Assembly: GCF_006345805.1 (NCBI RefSeq) | Contig: NC_043007.1 | Location: 26,660,001 to 26,724,000 of the forward strand | Direction of reading: 5' to 3' | Length of the DNA: 64,000 nucleotides | Source of the DNA: Octopus sinensis | Lineage: Eukaryota | Part shown: piece after piece, positions 26,861-40,977 of the stretch | Layout: each line of letters starts with the position of its first letter | Numbering within the stretch: the first letter of the stretch is position 1 | The notes under the pieces: generated by a model | Database searches by the model: none | The model's input: only the letters and a program-made list of their open reading frames with translations | Told to the model about the DNA's origin: nothing | Position numbers and translations under genes: made by a program

Positions 26861-27269
26861 TGTGCTTCAACGCGCGAACTCATATAAAGAATCTTGCAAA
26901 CCAAATCCGAAAACAAAATAGTTTCGTTTTTTATTATTATTTTCAATTCGAAGATCCGGTTTTTTTTTGCTGGTGGTGGTGGTGGGGGGGTGTTTGCTAA
27001 AATTTTAAACCAATATCGAAATTTTACAGTTGATGCAGTTTTGAAGTTGATTAAAACTTTATTTGCAGTTGTATAAACAGTTGATTTTTCCTCATCCGCA
27101 TTCATTCCGTCAATACATCTCGATACGGATCAATTCTTTACGAGCTGACCTTGGTAATATTGTGTTGAATCAAAAATTTTTGCAATATTTCGATAATTCC
27201 TTTGTTTCTTTACATGTTCCGATCCATGGCTCACTTCCTGCGCTCGTGACGCTTCGTCAACCAAGATGA

Positions 27270-27480
27270 GGCAGAAGGTGTTTCAACGAAGGAGTTCATA
27301 GTCTCGAAGGACAAGAACTGGTATCAGCGTGGGATCACAGAACAGGCAGAAAGGTAGCTTCAGACGGTACAACATGATGGCCGCTACTTTGAATGCTCGG
27401 CTGCTTTCATTGTAACCTGACAAATAAAGCAAATAAGTTACCAACATATTACAATACTTTTGACTCAAAGCAATACAGTG
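27270..27480 (+). mobile_element. Mariner transposase C-terminal remnant
   Basis: KEFIVSKDKNWYQRGITEQAER*LQTVQHDGRYFE matches the mariner C-terminal pattern. Confidence 0.65.
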
Positions 27481-28746
27481 TGAACTCAGATTTACGACAA
27501 TCCAAATCACAAAAGACACCGCGGGTAGAATTAAAGTGTTTCCATTATTATGTGGTCGGGTAATTTTTGCGATAGTCTTGGATACCTAATAGGAAACAAG
27601 TAAACTATTTTCTACTTCAGATGTTCCATTACTAAATATTTGGTTGAATGTTTTGCCTCGTTCGGAATTCACTTTAATGATCTGTCTCTGCATGCTTTGG
27701 GATTCGTCTTTAAAAGGTTAACATTATTTACATGGATGCATGAGGTCATTTTAAACTGTCATCAATACATATACGGTACATTGGATACGTAATATTCCCT
27801 GTGATGGAGTAAAACTGTAAGCCAGATATTCAATGGAATATTTCCGACACCTTTCTCCACCACCACTACACAGACACGGATGATATCTACTGAACAATGT
27901 TTATTAAATATGGCGACTTGAGCTCTCACTTTTCAATTCTCAATGGCGATCCCCTATCAGCGACACTGCTCCATAGGATTGTAAAATATTAGCATTTACA
28001 AGGTAGATTGATTTTGCATAAACATCCAGCTTTCAACGTGATTTGTAATCAACAATCAAAACCGACTAAGATCATTAATCCACTTAAATAATTAATGATG
28101 TAGCAATGATATTATCTTTTGTCTTTCTCGCATCAATGAATATGAAACTAGACAAGTCTCACCGTGTGTATTTGTATGTTATGGCAGCAGTCATGGCTGT
28201 GCGGTTAAGACGGTCGTCTTTGTAAGCAGATGGTTGCGGGTTCAGTCCCACTGTGTGATATTTTAGGCAAGTATTACTGCAATAACCTTGAGATGACCAA
28301 TGCCTTGAGAGTGACTTTGGTTGACGGAAACGGTGCTGAAACCTGTTGTATATGTATGTACATATTTGTGTGTCTGTGTGCGTTTGTGTATGCATGCGCG
28401 CGCGAACATGTATGGATGTGCTGTTGTGTACGTCTTTGTTCACAACCGCTGTTGGCTTGCTTACATCCCTGTAACATGGCGGTGTGCCAAAACGAACTGA
28501 TGAAATATAAGCCACACTTAAAGTATAAATACAGGTGTCGATGATTCGATTAAGTCGTTCACGGCGGTGCCCCAGCATGATCGCAAGCCAATCGCTAAAG
28601 TGAGTAAAATGAAAGGTAATGTATATGTGTGTGTGATTATGTGTGTCCGTCTGTGTATGTATGCGCGTGTGTGTGCGCGCGCGCGTGTGTGTATGTGTGT
28701 ACGTATATAAAGATATATACATACATATATACATACATATATATTA

Positions 28747-28785
<39 letters not shown>

Positions 28786-29079
28786 TGCATTCTTTTGCTT
28801 GTTTCAGCTATTTGACAGCGGCCATGCTGAGGCACTGCCTTTAGTCCAGCAAATCGACCCCTGGACTTATTCTTCGTAAGTCTAGTACTTATTCTATCGG
28901 TTACTTTTGCCGAACCGCTAATTTAAGGGGACGTAAACGCACCAACATCGGATGTCAAGTGATGTTGAGAGACAAACACAGACAAACAAATATACAAACA
29001 TGCATAATACATATATACATACTTACATCCATATACATACGACGGGCTTCTTTCAGTTTCCGTCTACCAAATCCACTCA

Positions 29080-29131
<52 letters not shown>

Positions 29132-29335
29132 TATATATACATACAGGACGGGCTTGTTTCAGTTTCCGTCAACTTTGATCGGCCCGAGGCTATAATAGAA
29201 GACACTTGCCCAAGGTACCACGCAGTGGGATTGAACCCGGGAACATGTGGCTGGTAAGCAAACTACTTACCACACAGCCGCTCCTGCGCGTGTATATATT
29301 TATGTATACGTATATATTTGTGTGTGTGTGTGTGT

Positions 29336-29373
<38 letters not shown>

Positions 29374-29986
29374 TCCACCATCGCTTGACAACCGTTGTTG
29401 GTGTGTTTATGTCCCTGTAACCTAGCGCTTCGGCAAAATATCGACGATAGAATAAGTATTAAGCATACAAAGAATAAGTCATGGCGTCGATTTCTTTCGA
29501 GCAACACCCTTTAAGGAGGTGCTCCAGCATGGCCGCAGTCAAATGACTGAAACAAGTAAAAGAATAAAAGAATATAGACATTGGTTGTTAGACAGATAGA
29601 GTGAAAGAGGGAGAGAGAGAGAGAGAGAGAGAAAGCGGGAGAGATTATTAGAATGACACGGTTTCGTCACCTTCGAGTGTTTTATTTGAACGTGTTAACA
29701 ACCTTTTATATTTTAATACAGCTGAGCTAGATCACTGTATTAGATAACCTAAAACAGCTCAAGACATCGTTCTACCAGACAAACATAAACACACACACCC
29801 ATACAGACAAACACTAACATTCACACACACACACACGCACACATACACATACACATACATTCATACATGTGTACGTAAGTAAACATATTTCACACAATTT
29901 TTCCGCCAAATTCTTCAGAGTAAACATTTATTACCTCGAAGCTAAATTAAAGTCTCATGTGCAAGATACCGTATATTGGGATTGGC

Positions 29987-30368
29987 GGAGGCGCAATGGC
30001 CCAGTGGTTAGGGCAGCGGACTCGCGGTCGTAGGATCGCGGTTTCGATTCCCAGACCGGGCGTTGTGAGTGTTTATTGAACGAAAACACCTAAAGCTCCA
30101 CGAGGCTCCGGCAGGGGGTGGTGGTGATCCCTGCTGTACTCTTTCGCCACAACTTTCTCTCACTCTTACTTCCTGTTTCTGTTGTACCTGTATTTCAAAG
30201 GGCCGGCCTTGTCACTCTCTGTGTCACGCTGAATATCCTCGAGAACTACGTTAAGGGTACACGTGTCTGTGGAGTACTCAGCCACTTACACGTTAATTTC
30301 ACGAGCAGGCTGTTCCATTGATCGGATCAACCGGAACCCTCGTCGTCGTAACCGACGGAGTGCTTCCA
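29987..30368 (+). mobile_element. SINE-A, full length (~385 bp), tRNA-derived head
   Basis: A-box TGGCCCAGTGG and B-box GGTTTCGATTCC. Body ends CGTCGTCGTAACCGACGGAGTGCTTCCA. ~12-bp imperfect TSD ATA(T/C)TGGGATTG. Confidence 0.9.
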
Positions 30369-30476
30369 TCCATACTGGGATTGAAATCGGTAGAACGTCT
30401 CAGCGAAGCAAATGTCTGTGGTTCTTATAGTGATATAGAATAGAGAAGACACTGTATAATATATATATATATAATA

Positions 30477-30516
<40 letters not shown>

Positions 30517-30542
30517 TATATATAATATATATATATATGACA

Positions 30543-30828
30543 GAAAGTTTGAAAATGCAATTTTAAAGATTTTTATTCACTTGACCGGTTTCACTTTTTT
30601 AGAAAAAAGATTGTCAAAAGTAAAATGTAAAGCTTTGTATAAGCTTTGTTGTGTTAAGTACTGGTGGTCACAAAATATCACAATACATGTATACATTTTG
30701 TAATATTTTGTGACAACCAGTACCTAACACAACAAAGCTTTTACATTTTACTTTTGACAATCTTTTTCTAAAAAAGTGAAACCGGTCAAGTGAATAAACA
30801 TATTTGAAATTGCATTTTCAAACCTTTC
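30543..30828. mobile_element. Fold-back element (Penelope-like) within a (TA)n tract
   Basis: Arms at about 30543-30683 and 30698-30828 are near-perfect reverse complements. Each carries TTGACAA...GAAACCGGTCAAGTGAATAAA. Confidence 0.7.
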
Positions 30829-31061
30829 ATATATATTCCCATTCGTGCGGTACCTTACAATTTCTCTTTACATACGTATATATATATATGTATGTGTATG
30901 TATGTATATGTATGTATACATATGTATGTATACATGTATATATATATATGGCCTGCTCGCTTAGCAAGCGGGGTGGCGTTATTCAAAGGCTAAAACAATG
31001 CGAACGCATTGTGACCAGCGATGTGTAGCAACACCTGATAGTCTGGTCGGTCACGTGGTCA

Positions 31062-31133
<72 letters not shown>

Positions 31134-31197
31134 TATCTTATATTACATATATACACACATATATATGCACCAAACATATATGCGTATACATCCATAC

Positions 31198-31280
<83 letters not shown>

Positions 31281-31448
31281 AGAAAGAGACAGAGAACAGT
31301 TCGCTCCTGCACGCAATATATGTATTTCGAGTGAACCTTGGGTTTAAAGAGTTGCAGTAGAGCCATATTAAAGTGGCTACGAATATTACTTGTCAGTACA
31401 ACTACTACTTTGATCTCTTACAGAGATTTTAGCACTAGCATTTTTGCA

Positions 31449-31528
<80 letters not shown>

Positions 31529-31532
31529 TGGA

Positions 31533-31915
31533 TGGAAGCACTCCGTTGGTTACGACGACGAGGGTTCCGGTTGATCCGAATCAACGGAACAGCCTGCTCG
31601 TGAAATTAACGTGTGAGTGGCTGAGCACTCCACAGACACGTGTACCCTTAACGAAGTTCTCGGGGATATTCAGCATGACACAGAGAGTGACAAGGCCGGC
31701 CCTTTGAAATACAGGTACAACAGAAACAGGAAGTAAGAATGAGAGAAAGTTGTGGTGAAAGAGTACACCAGGGATCACCACCATCCCCTACCGGAGCCTC
31801 GTGGAGCTTTAGGTGTTTTCGCTCAATAAACACTCACAACGCCCGGTCTGGGAATCGAAACCGCGATCCTATGACCGCGATTCCGCTGCCCTAACCACTG
31901 GGCCATTGCGCCTCC
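31533..31915 (-). mobile_element. SINE-A, full length, inside a microsatellite
   Basis: Family match along its full length. Confidence 0.9.
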
Positions 31916-31924
31916 ACATACACG

Positions 31925-31976
<52 letters not shown>

Positions 31977-32010
31977 TGTATATATATTCATATATGTATC
32001 AATATATATA

Positions 32011-32078
<68 letters not shown>

Positions 32079-32327
32079 CACGCGCACATATATTGACACA
32101 TAAGCATATAGAATCGAAACTAAACAGGTATTCTATTAAGAATTCGATATTTTAAGTTACATAAACCTTCGCATACATATATTCGTAATAAAAAAAAACG
32201 CCAACATCTTTAACCATACGTATAGCATATATCAAGCACATACATGCATTGACACACACTCCTTGTCAAAATAATAATAATAATAATAAAAATAATAATA
32301 ATAATAATGATAATAATAATAATAATG

Positions 32328-32390
<63 letters not shown>

Positions 32391-32899
32391 TCAATAATAA
32401 TAATAAAATTCGGAATGAAATATCTGCATCTATAAAGAATTGTGCGTGTATCTTTAGCTGGGCTTTATTTCTTAGTTAATGTTATAAAGAACGAAAAAGG
32501 TACATTGTTTAAAGACTCTCGTCGACATGACATCTGACATGTTAGCCTCTGGTATTGACCATTTTAGACAAAAGATGGCAGCCTGCAAGTGACAGCTTCT
32601 CAAAGATTTTTAGATGAAAAGCCACGTCAGTAAAAAAAACGACCCGACCACCGCACAGGCACAAACAGGTAGAAACACACGTATTCCAGTACGCACATGA
32701 ACGAACAAACAAGCACACACTCACACCCACATACGCGCATACACACACACACACACATACGCGCATACACACACACACACACATACAGATAATCAGCCGC
32801 TTGCACTAAACATGGCGTCTTCTCTTACAAAAATAAGGAAGCCATTTTAAAAATTGTTCATCTTTTTATTTATTCCTCGTTGTTATTAGTACTGTTGTT

Positions 32900-33370
32900 G
32901 TCGTTGTTGCCGTCATTATCATCGCTGTCATCACCACCACCATCACCATAGTCATCATCATCATCATCATCATCGTCGTCGACATTATCATCATCGTCAT
33001 CATTGTCAAAATCATCAGCATCGTTATAATAATCATCACCATCCTCTTCATCCTCATCATCCTCATCATCGTCGTCATCATCATCATCGTCATCATCGCC
33101 ATAATCATCACCATCAACGTCATATCGTCAACATCGTCGTCATAATCATCATCATCATCATCATCATAATTATCATCATCATCTTCATTATCATCATCGT
33201 CATCGTCATCATCATCATCGTCGTCGTCGTCGTCGCCGTCGTCATCATCACAATCCTCATCGCCAGCACGGCGATCATCATCATCATCATCATCATTATC
33301 GTTATCATCATCATCGTCATAATCATCATTATCATTATCATTATCATCGTCATCATCGTCATCATCATCG

Positions 33371-33407
<37 letters not shown>

Positions 33408-33580
33408 TATCGTTATCATCATCATCGTTATAATCATAATTATCATTATCATCATGATCGTCATCATCATCGTCATCATCACAATCCTCATCTCCAGCGC
33501 GATGATCATCATCATCATCGTCGTCGTCGTCGTCGTCATCATCATCAGCATCATCATCATCATCGTTATCATCGCTTTGA
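32900..33580. repeat. (ATC/GTC)n compound microsatellite
   Basis: Direct inspection. Confidence 0.95.
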
Positions 33581-33796
33581 ACGCTATATAGTTTTCCATT
33601 TCGGTACGATTTCATTTCCATACGTCGTATATATTCAGTAAGTTTTAAATTGTGAATTTGCGATTTGTTTCTTTTTAGATGTGTGCGTTTCTGTGTGTAT
33701 GTATATAAAATCGCATTCATTCATTCATACATACACACACACACACATATATATACTTATATATACACATATATATACATATATATACAATATACA

Positions 33797-33864
<68 letters not shown>

Positions 33865-34211
33865 TATATATACAGATATATATATATAGATATATATATG
33901 CGTATATATGTATATATGTATATACATGAATATACATACATAGACACGCTTATATTAATAAGAAAACAGTTGATGATTGACAGCGCTGCCACTCAGAGTT
34001 TCATATCACGTGCATTTAACCAAACATTGACATATATTAAAATCACGTGTGCATAAGTAATGTAATGTATGTACACATTCTTTCTTTCATATGTACACAT
34101 AGGTGAATGCCCCTGTGCGAACGCATATATATATATATATATATACATATATATACACATACAGACATATATATATATATATACAATATACATATATATA
34201 TATACATATAC

Positions 34212-34260
<49 letters not shown>

Positions 34261-34552
34261 GGTATATATTAATAATTAAAAGATCGTATGATATACACCT
34301 GGTAGCTTGCTGGTAAAACACGTTCATTGGCTTAATATCACAGGGTATTTGATTAATGAGTGAAACGAAAGATGGAAAGAAGATAGCACGCGACGAAAGA
34401 TCTATCTTGCATCATCCGTCTCCCTTATCATATATACATATATGTATATATAATATTACATATAATATATATAATAATGTATTATATATATAATATATAT
34501 ATATATGTATATGTATGTATGTATTAGTAGCGCTTTAATACATGTATAGCGC

Positions 34553-34584
<32 letters not shown>

Positions 34585-34587
<3 letters not shown>

Positions 34588-34780
34588 TTTTTTTTTCTCT
34601 ATCCCCTGTTGCCCGCTTTGGGATCTTTCTTTCCTCTCTCTTCCTTCTTTATGTTTCCGACGAAGAGCTCCGCTCGAAACGTCATACCTTCCTGCTTCCA
34701 TTTCCTGAGCGCCTATTAATAATAATACTGTAATTGTTCCATTGTTGTTGTTTTTTTTGTTTATCGTTTGGATTAAAATT
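34585..34780 (+). mobile_element. Short Penelope-like pLTR remnant between (AT)n tracts (second copy at 8990-9160)
   Basis: Both copies share GTTTCCGACGAAGAGCTCCGCTCGAAAC...TTCCTGAGCG...TAATTGTTCCA...GTTTGGATTAA. Confidence 0.55.
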
Positions 34781-34802
34781 ATATATATATATATACACAC
34801 AG

Positions 34803-35410
34803 ACGAGGTGTGATCAATAAGTATCCGGACTGTTGCCATAGTATCAAAGCACCGCAGAGTAAAGTCGCCTGGCAAAGATTGACTTTGTACTCTGTTGTGT
34901 TTGCGCACTAAGTTTTCATGTTCTAGCTCACTGCCGCTGTCTACAGCAGTACTTGGAAGGAACGGGTGTAGCGTGTGACTGTAAAAGAGATAGTTGCCAT
35001 GGCCATACCTGCTCAGAGGCCTACGCAAAGTCGCAGAAAGTTTATGGAGAAGAGTGTATGAGCCGCACGCAAGTGTACAAGTGGTTCAAGCGTTTTCAAG
35101 ATGGCCGAAATATGTCGATATTGACGAACGTTCTGAGAGACCCGGAACCAGCAGAACTCAGAAAAACATCGCAGAGGTGCGTGCAGCTGTGAGTGGAAAA
35201 TTGTCGAATCACCATCCGTGAGTTATCAGAGGATGTGCAGATTAGTTATAGCTCAATTCGGTCCATTAACACTTGGGTATGAGACGCGTGTATGCCAAGT
35301 TTGTGCCAAAACTGCTTTCAGCTGACCAAGAAGATATTCGGGTTTCAGTTGAACAGGATTTCCTTGTTGTGTCGAGAACGATGAAAACTTTTTGGAAACT
35401 TTGCCTAGAT
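34803..35410 (+). mobile_element. Mariner 5' fragment (TIR plus HTH region)
   Basis: TIR-like start ACGAGGTGTGATCAATAAGTATCCGGACT. Translation gives VYGEECMSRTQVYKWFKRFQDGR, DERSERPGTSRT and LGMRRVYAKFVPKLLS. Confidence 0.85.
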
Positions 35411-36051
35411 CTCTAAACTGGTATCACCAAACTTTTGACAAAATTTCATACAGATTATCTTCTCAACTTTCTTTATCATAGTCAATACAATGTGCACACG
35501 CTACACACGTTCCTTCCAAGCACTGTTGTAAACAACGGAAGTGAGTTTTTTTCACTTTATAAAAAGAATAAAGGAATTCTTCAAAGAAGACGAAAGAAGG
35601 TTAGGCTTAGAGACGAATATCTCCTGCTGAGAAGCAACTCTGGTTTTCTGCTTCTACGTATATAGGGCTTCCTGCAAAAACCACCACATGTGTGTGTGTT
35701 CATTGTATATATATAAATAAATAAATATATACATATATATATTGCATGTATGCATATGCATATATATGCATATATATGGATATATGTATATATATATACG
35801 TATATATATATATGTATATATATATATATACACACATATATATATATATATATATGTATGTATATATGTATATATATGATATATATATATATACATATAC
35901 TTATACACACATATATTTGTGTATATATATGTATATATATATAAATATATATATATAATATATATATATACGTACATGCGTACGTACATATATATTTGTA
36001 TACACGCACACACATATATATATATATTTGTGTTTGCATATATATTTTTTG

Positions 36052-36104
<53 letters not shown>

Positions 36105-36142
36105 TCATACATACATACATATATATTTGTATACACACAAAA

Positions 36143-36180
<38 letters not shown>

Positions 36181-36608
36181 TTATGTATACATTGTTTGTT
36201 TGTTTAGTTCGCTTTACCCAAGCCTCGAATTTCATTTCGTGTCACCGCGATCTTTCTGGTGTATCCCCAACTCAACGAGTGCTTCTCGATTCGTAAACAC
36301 CACTCGTCTCCGTAGGAGTTGTTCATATTATGCAAACGTCATACTTTGTTAGAGGATAAGAAGAAGAAGAAAAAAAACGGAAACTAATCCATTGTTTATT
36401 TAAACTGATTGTTTTTCATCTCCTTACTTAAGTTTCACGCACGATATTACGATCATACCACAGGAATAATAGATGGACGTGACAGCCGTGAGAGTGTGAG
36501 AGGGAAAGGGAGACAGATGCATGCATGTTATCAAGCCTGACTGTGAGTTAAATGCAAATGTAAACTCGTTCTCTTTCTATACTGCTAATGTGCACACCAG
36601 CAGTATGG

Positions 36609-36982
36609 TGGATGCACTCCGTCGGTCACGACGTTGAGGGTTCCGGTTGATCCGAATCAACGGAACAGCCTGCTCGTGAAATTAACGTGTAAGTGGCTGA
36701 GCACTCCACAGACACGTGTACCCTTAACGTAGTTCTCGGGGATATTCAGCGTGACACAAGAGAGTGACAAGGCCGGCCCTTTGAAATACAGATACAACAG
36801 AAACAGGAAGTAAGAATGAGAGAAAGTTGTGGTGAAAGAGTACAGCAGGGATCACCACCATCCCCTGCCGGAGCTTTAGGTGTTTTCGCTCAATAAACAC
36901 TCACAACGCCCGGTCTGGGAATCGAAACCGCGATCCTTTGACCGCGAGTCCGCTGCCCTAACCACTGGGCCATTGTGCCTCC
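36609..36982 (-). mobile_element. SINE-A with a small internal deletion
   Basis: Family match; imperfect TSD CACACCA(G/A)CAGT. Confidence 0.88.
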
Positions 36983-37694
36983 ACACCAACAGTGACCCCA
37001 GTGATACATTTATATCATTCCTGGTTATATACACCACATTGTGCTTACACACACTTTCACTCACATACGCGCACATACACATTCTTTGACTCTTTTACAT
37101 GTTTCAATCATTTGACATCAGCCATGCTGAAGCATCGCTTTGAAGGGTTTTAGTCGAATAAATCGAGCCCAGGCCTAGCACCTATTCTATCGGTATCTTT
37201 TACCCAACCACAAAACGCACCAACATCGCACTAGGGTCGATGTAATCGACTTCACCCCATTGTCTGTCCTTGTTTGCCCCCTCTATGTTTAGTCCCTTGT
37301 GAGCAATAAAGAAAAAAAGTTTGCTTGCCAACCACATGTATCCGGGTTCAGTCTCATTGCGTGGTGCCTTGCAGAAATATTTTTTCTGCTATAGCCATGG
37401 GCCGACCAAAGCCTTGTGAGGGGATTTGGTGAAAGAAAACTGAAAGACGTCTGTCGTATTTATATAATCCAAATAATAACAAGACGAAGACAATTCTTTA
37501 ATACATCTTTAGTGATTCATTACATTTGTTTCTGTACCAGCTCTGTTTGCAACGCCGGGTTACGTAATAATTCGAAGTGAAAATTTACGTAATGTCTGCG
37601 ACCCGAGATATCAGAGAGGCACTTCATTAGTTTTGCATCAAAGGTGTGCTGTCACACACACACACACACACACACACAGATACACACACACACA

Positions 37695-37749
<55 letters not shown>

Positions 37750-38269
37750 TGTGTGTAAGAAATTTTTGCGTAATAAGATAAAAAAAACCAAGGCTGTATA
37801 GATATTAGAGCATTTATAGATAGAAGGTCTTACGGCTGTTTCTAGGATATTTATTAATAATATCCCTTCATCAAAGACGGTGTGAGAGGATAGTTAAGTC
37901 ATAATTAGTTTAGATGTGATAGAAAATAGAGAGTGAGGTGGAGGAATATTACCTAATCTGGAACTTAACTATGGTCTGTCTATAGCACTTATTCAGCATT
38001 ACCTGACACATTTGAGGCTCAATTACACCACTATCTCTTATATATATATGTATATACATGTGTCTTTGTGACTGTGTTTGCCCCCACCCCCACCCCAGTG
38101 CTTGACAACCGGGGTTGGTGTATTTACGTACCCGTAATCTTCACCAAGAAAAAACCGATAAGTACCGGGCTTAAAACAGTATTAAATACTGGCGTCTATT
38201 CGTCCGACTAAAATTCCTCAAGGCGGTGCCCCAGCTTAGCCGCGGTCCAATGAATAGATAGATATATTG

Positions 38270-38324
38270 ATAGTCGGACAGACAGACAGACAGATAGAAG
38301 ATAGAAAGACAGACAGACAGACAG

Positions 38325-38379
<55 letters not shown>

Positions 38380-38394
38380 CAGACAGATAGATAA

Positions 38395-38467
<73 letters not shown>

Positions 38468-38588
38468 CAGATAGGGAGAGGGAGAGAGAGAGAGAGAGAC
38501 AAACAGACAGACAGATAGATAGCCAGATAGATAGATAGATAGAGAGAGACAGAGAGAGAGACAGAGAGAGAGAGACAGAGAGAGAGAC

Positions 38589-38634
<46 letters not shown>

Positions 38635-38690
38635 GGACAGATAAATAGATAGATAGATAATAGATAAATAGATAGATAGATATACAATGT
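38270..38690. repeat. (AGAT)n/(AGAC)n array
   Basis: Direct inspection. Confidence 0.95.
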
Positions 38691-39469
38691 GCCCTAGCGT
38701 TTATGAGCTCGCGAGTTTTGACTTAGGGGCGATATGCTTACTATTTCTAGCAAACTGAACGATCGCACATATACTGGCTCCCTTGTTACTTCGTTGGAAA
38801 CTCCGTTATATAACGCCTCAGTTTACGGAACGTTATAAACAAGTTGATAACATGGGACGTTGTTTACTAAATTAATTCCCATTTTAAGTGTTCTCATATT
38901 GCTACTTAGCATTTCGTTTCATCGCCTCCTTCAAGGTTCTTGGTGGTGGCGTTGGTGGAAGTGATGGTGGTGGTGGTGGTGGCGGTAGTGATGTGATGGT
39001 AGTTGGTTGGTGGCGGGGACAGCGCCGATGGTGGTGATGGCAGCTGCGGCGCCGATAAAGATGGATGCGTTTGTTGTTTGTTGTGATGGTGGTGGTACTG
39101 GTGTTGGTGGTGCTTCCTTACGGTGGTGGTGGTGGTGGTGGTGGTCACGACGGCAGTGACGGTGCATGGCGACGGCAGCGGTGGTGGCTGTGGAGCTTGT
39201 TGTTGTTGTTGTGGTGGTGTTGATTACTGAGATGGTCATATTCTTGCTGTTGTTGTAGTGTTGGTGGTTGTAGAGGCGGTGGTTGTGTTTATGGTGGCAG
39301 TGATGATTGTGACGGTGGCGTATTATCGGTGCTAGAGCTGCTGCTGCTGCTGCAGACGGCAGAAGAGGCGGTGATGAAGGAGGTGGCCTTGTAGGTAGTA
39401 ATGGCATTGGTGGCGAGATGTCATTGATAGATGGGTGGAATGATGATAAAAGCGGCGGCGATATTAGCA

Positions 39470-40400
39470 ATAAGGCGCTGGGCAAAATGCTTAGCGGTAT
39501 TTCGTCTGCCGTTACGTTCTGAGGTCAAATTCCGCCGAGGTCGACTTTGCCTTTCATCCTTTCGAGGTCGATTAAAGAAGTACCAGTTACGCACTGGGGT
39601 CGATATAATCGACTTAATCCGTTTGTCTGTCCTTGTTTGTCCTCTCTGTGTGTAACCCCTTGTGGATAGTAAAGATATAGGTATTTCGTCTGCCGCTACG
39701 TTTTGAGTTCAAATTCCGCTGAGGTCGACTTTGCCTTTTATCCCTTCGGCGTCGATAAAGAAAGCACCAGTGAAACACTGGGGTCGACGTAATCGACTTG
39801 CAACTTCCTCCAAAATTTCAGGCCTTGTGCCTATAGTAGAAAGGATTATGATCTGAGTTCAAACTCCGCCGAGATCGACATTGCTTTACATCCTTTCGGC
39901 GTCGATAAAATAAGTACCAGTGAAATACTGGAGTCGATGTAATCGATTTATACCCTCCCGAAAAATTTCAGGTCTTGTACCTTTAGTGGGACAGCTGGCA
40001 GAATTATTTACACGCCGAGCAAAATATTTACCGGTATTTCATCTGTCTTTACATTCTGAGTTCAAATTCCACGAAGGTTGACTTTGCCTTTCACTCTTTC
40101 GGGGTCGAAAAAAATAAATACTGGTCAAGTACTGGGGTCGATGTAATCGCCTAGGACCCTTTGCCTTTAGTAGAAAGGGTTATTATCCCGATGAGAGCTG
40201 GCAGAATCGTTAACGCGCCATGCAAAATGTTTAGAGGCATTTCGTCCGCATTTACACTCTGCGTTCAAATTCCGCCGGGGCTGGACTTTACCCATTCGTG
40301 GTCGATAAAATAAGTATTAGTTGAGCATTGGCAATCGATGTAATCGATTTTGCCCTATCTTGAACTTACTGGCCTTGTACAAATTCTTGAAACCAATAGT
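39470..40400 (+). mobile_element. Head-to-tail cluster of about 5 SINE-B-related units
   Basis: Repeated GAGTTCAAATTCCGCCGAGGTCGACTTTGCC...GGGGTCGATGTAATCGA modules with two tail types. Confidence 0.88.
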
Positions 40401-40977
40401 GATGGAGGTGTGCAACCCTAGATCAACCTTGATCGTGCATACTTGCAAACAAAGACATATCCACCGTGACCATCTCGCATTTTGTTATTTCTATTCTTTT
40501 TTTTTTGTCACGCACAGGGAATCAAACAGTATGAAAATGTTTCCTTATTTCTTTATTGCCCACAAGGGGCTAAACATAGAGGGGACAAACAACGACAGAC
40601 AAAGGGGTCAAGTCGATTACATCGACCCCAGTGCGTAACTGGTTCTTAATTTATTGACCCCGAAAGGATGAAAGGTAAAGTCGACCTCGGCGGAATTTGA
40701 ACTCAGAACGTAACGGCAGACGAAATACCAATTTCTTTATTGCCCACCGGGGGCCAAACATAGATATGGACAGTACAACTGATGGGATCAGTGAATCGAT
40801 ATGATTTTACATAAATGTGACATCAAAAATAAAATACAATACATAAAAATCGAATGGAATACACTGTACAAAAACAATACAAATGAAGCGATGATCAAGT
40901 TACGCTCCGATCCCACAAGCCCCGATCTACCGCTGATACCTTTTTATTTTTCCTTATTTTTTTTTTTCCTCGTCTAT

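Noticed and set aside
29987-30060. tRNA genes
   Set aside because: The A/B-box heads run into SINE bodies with tails and TSDs; no complete cloverleaf is supportable.
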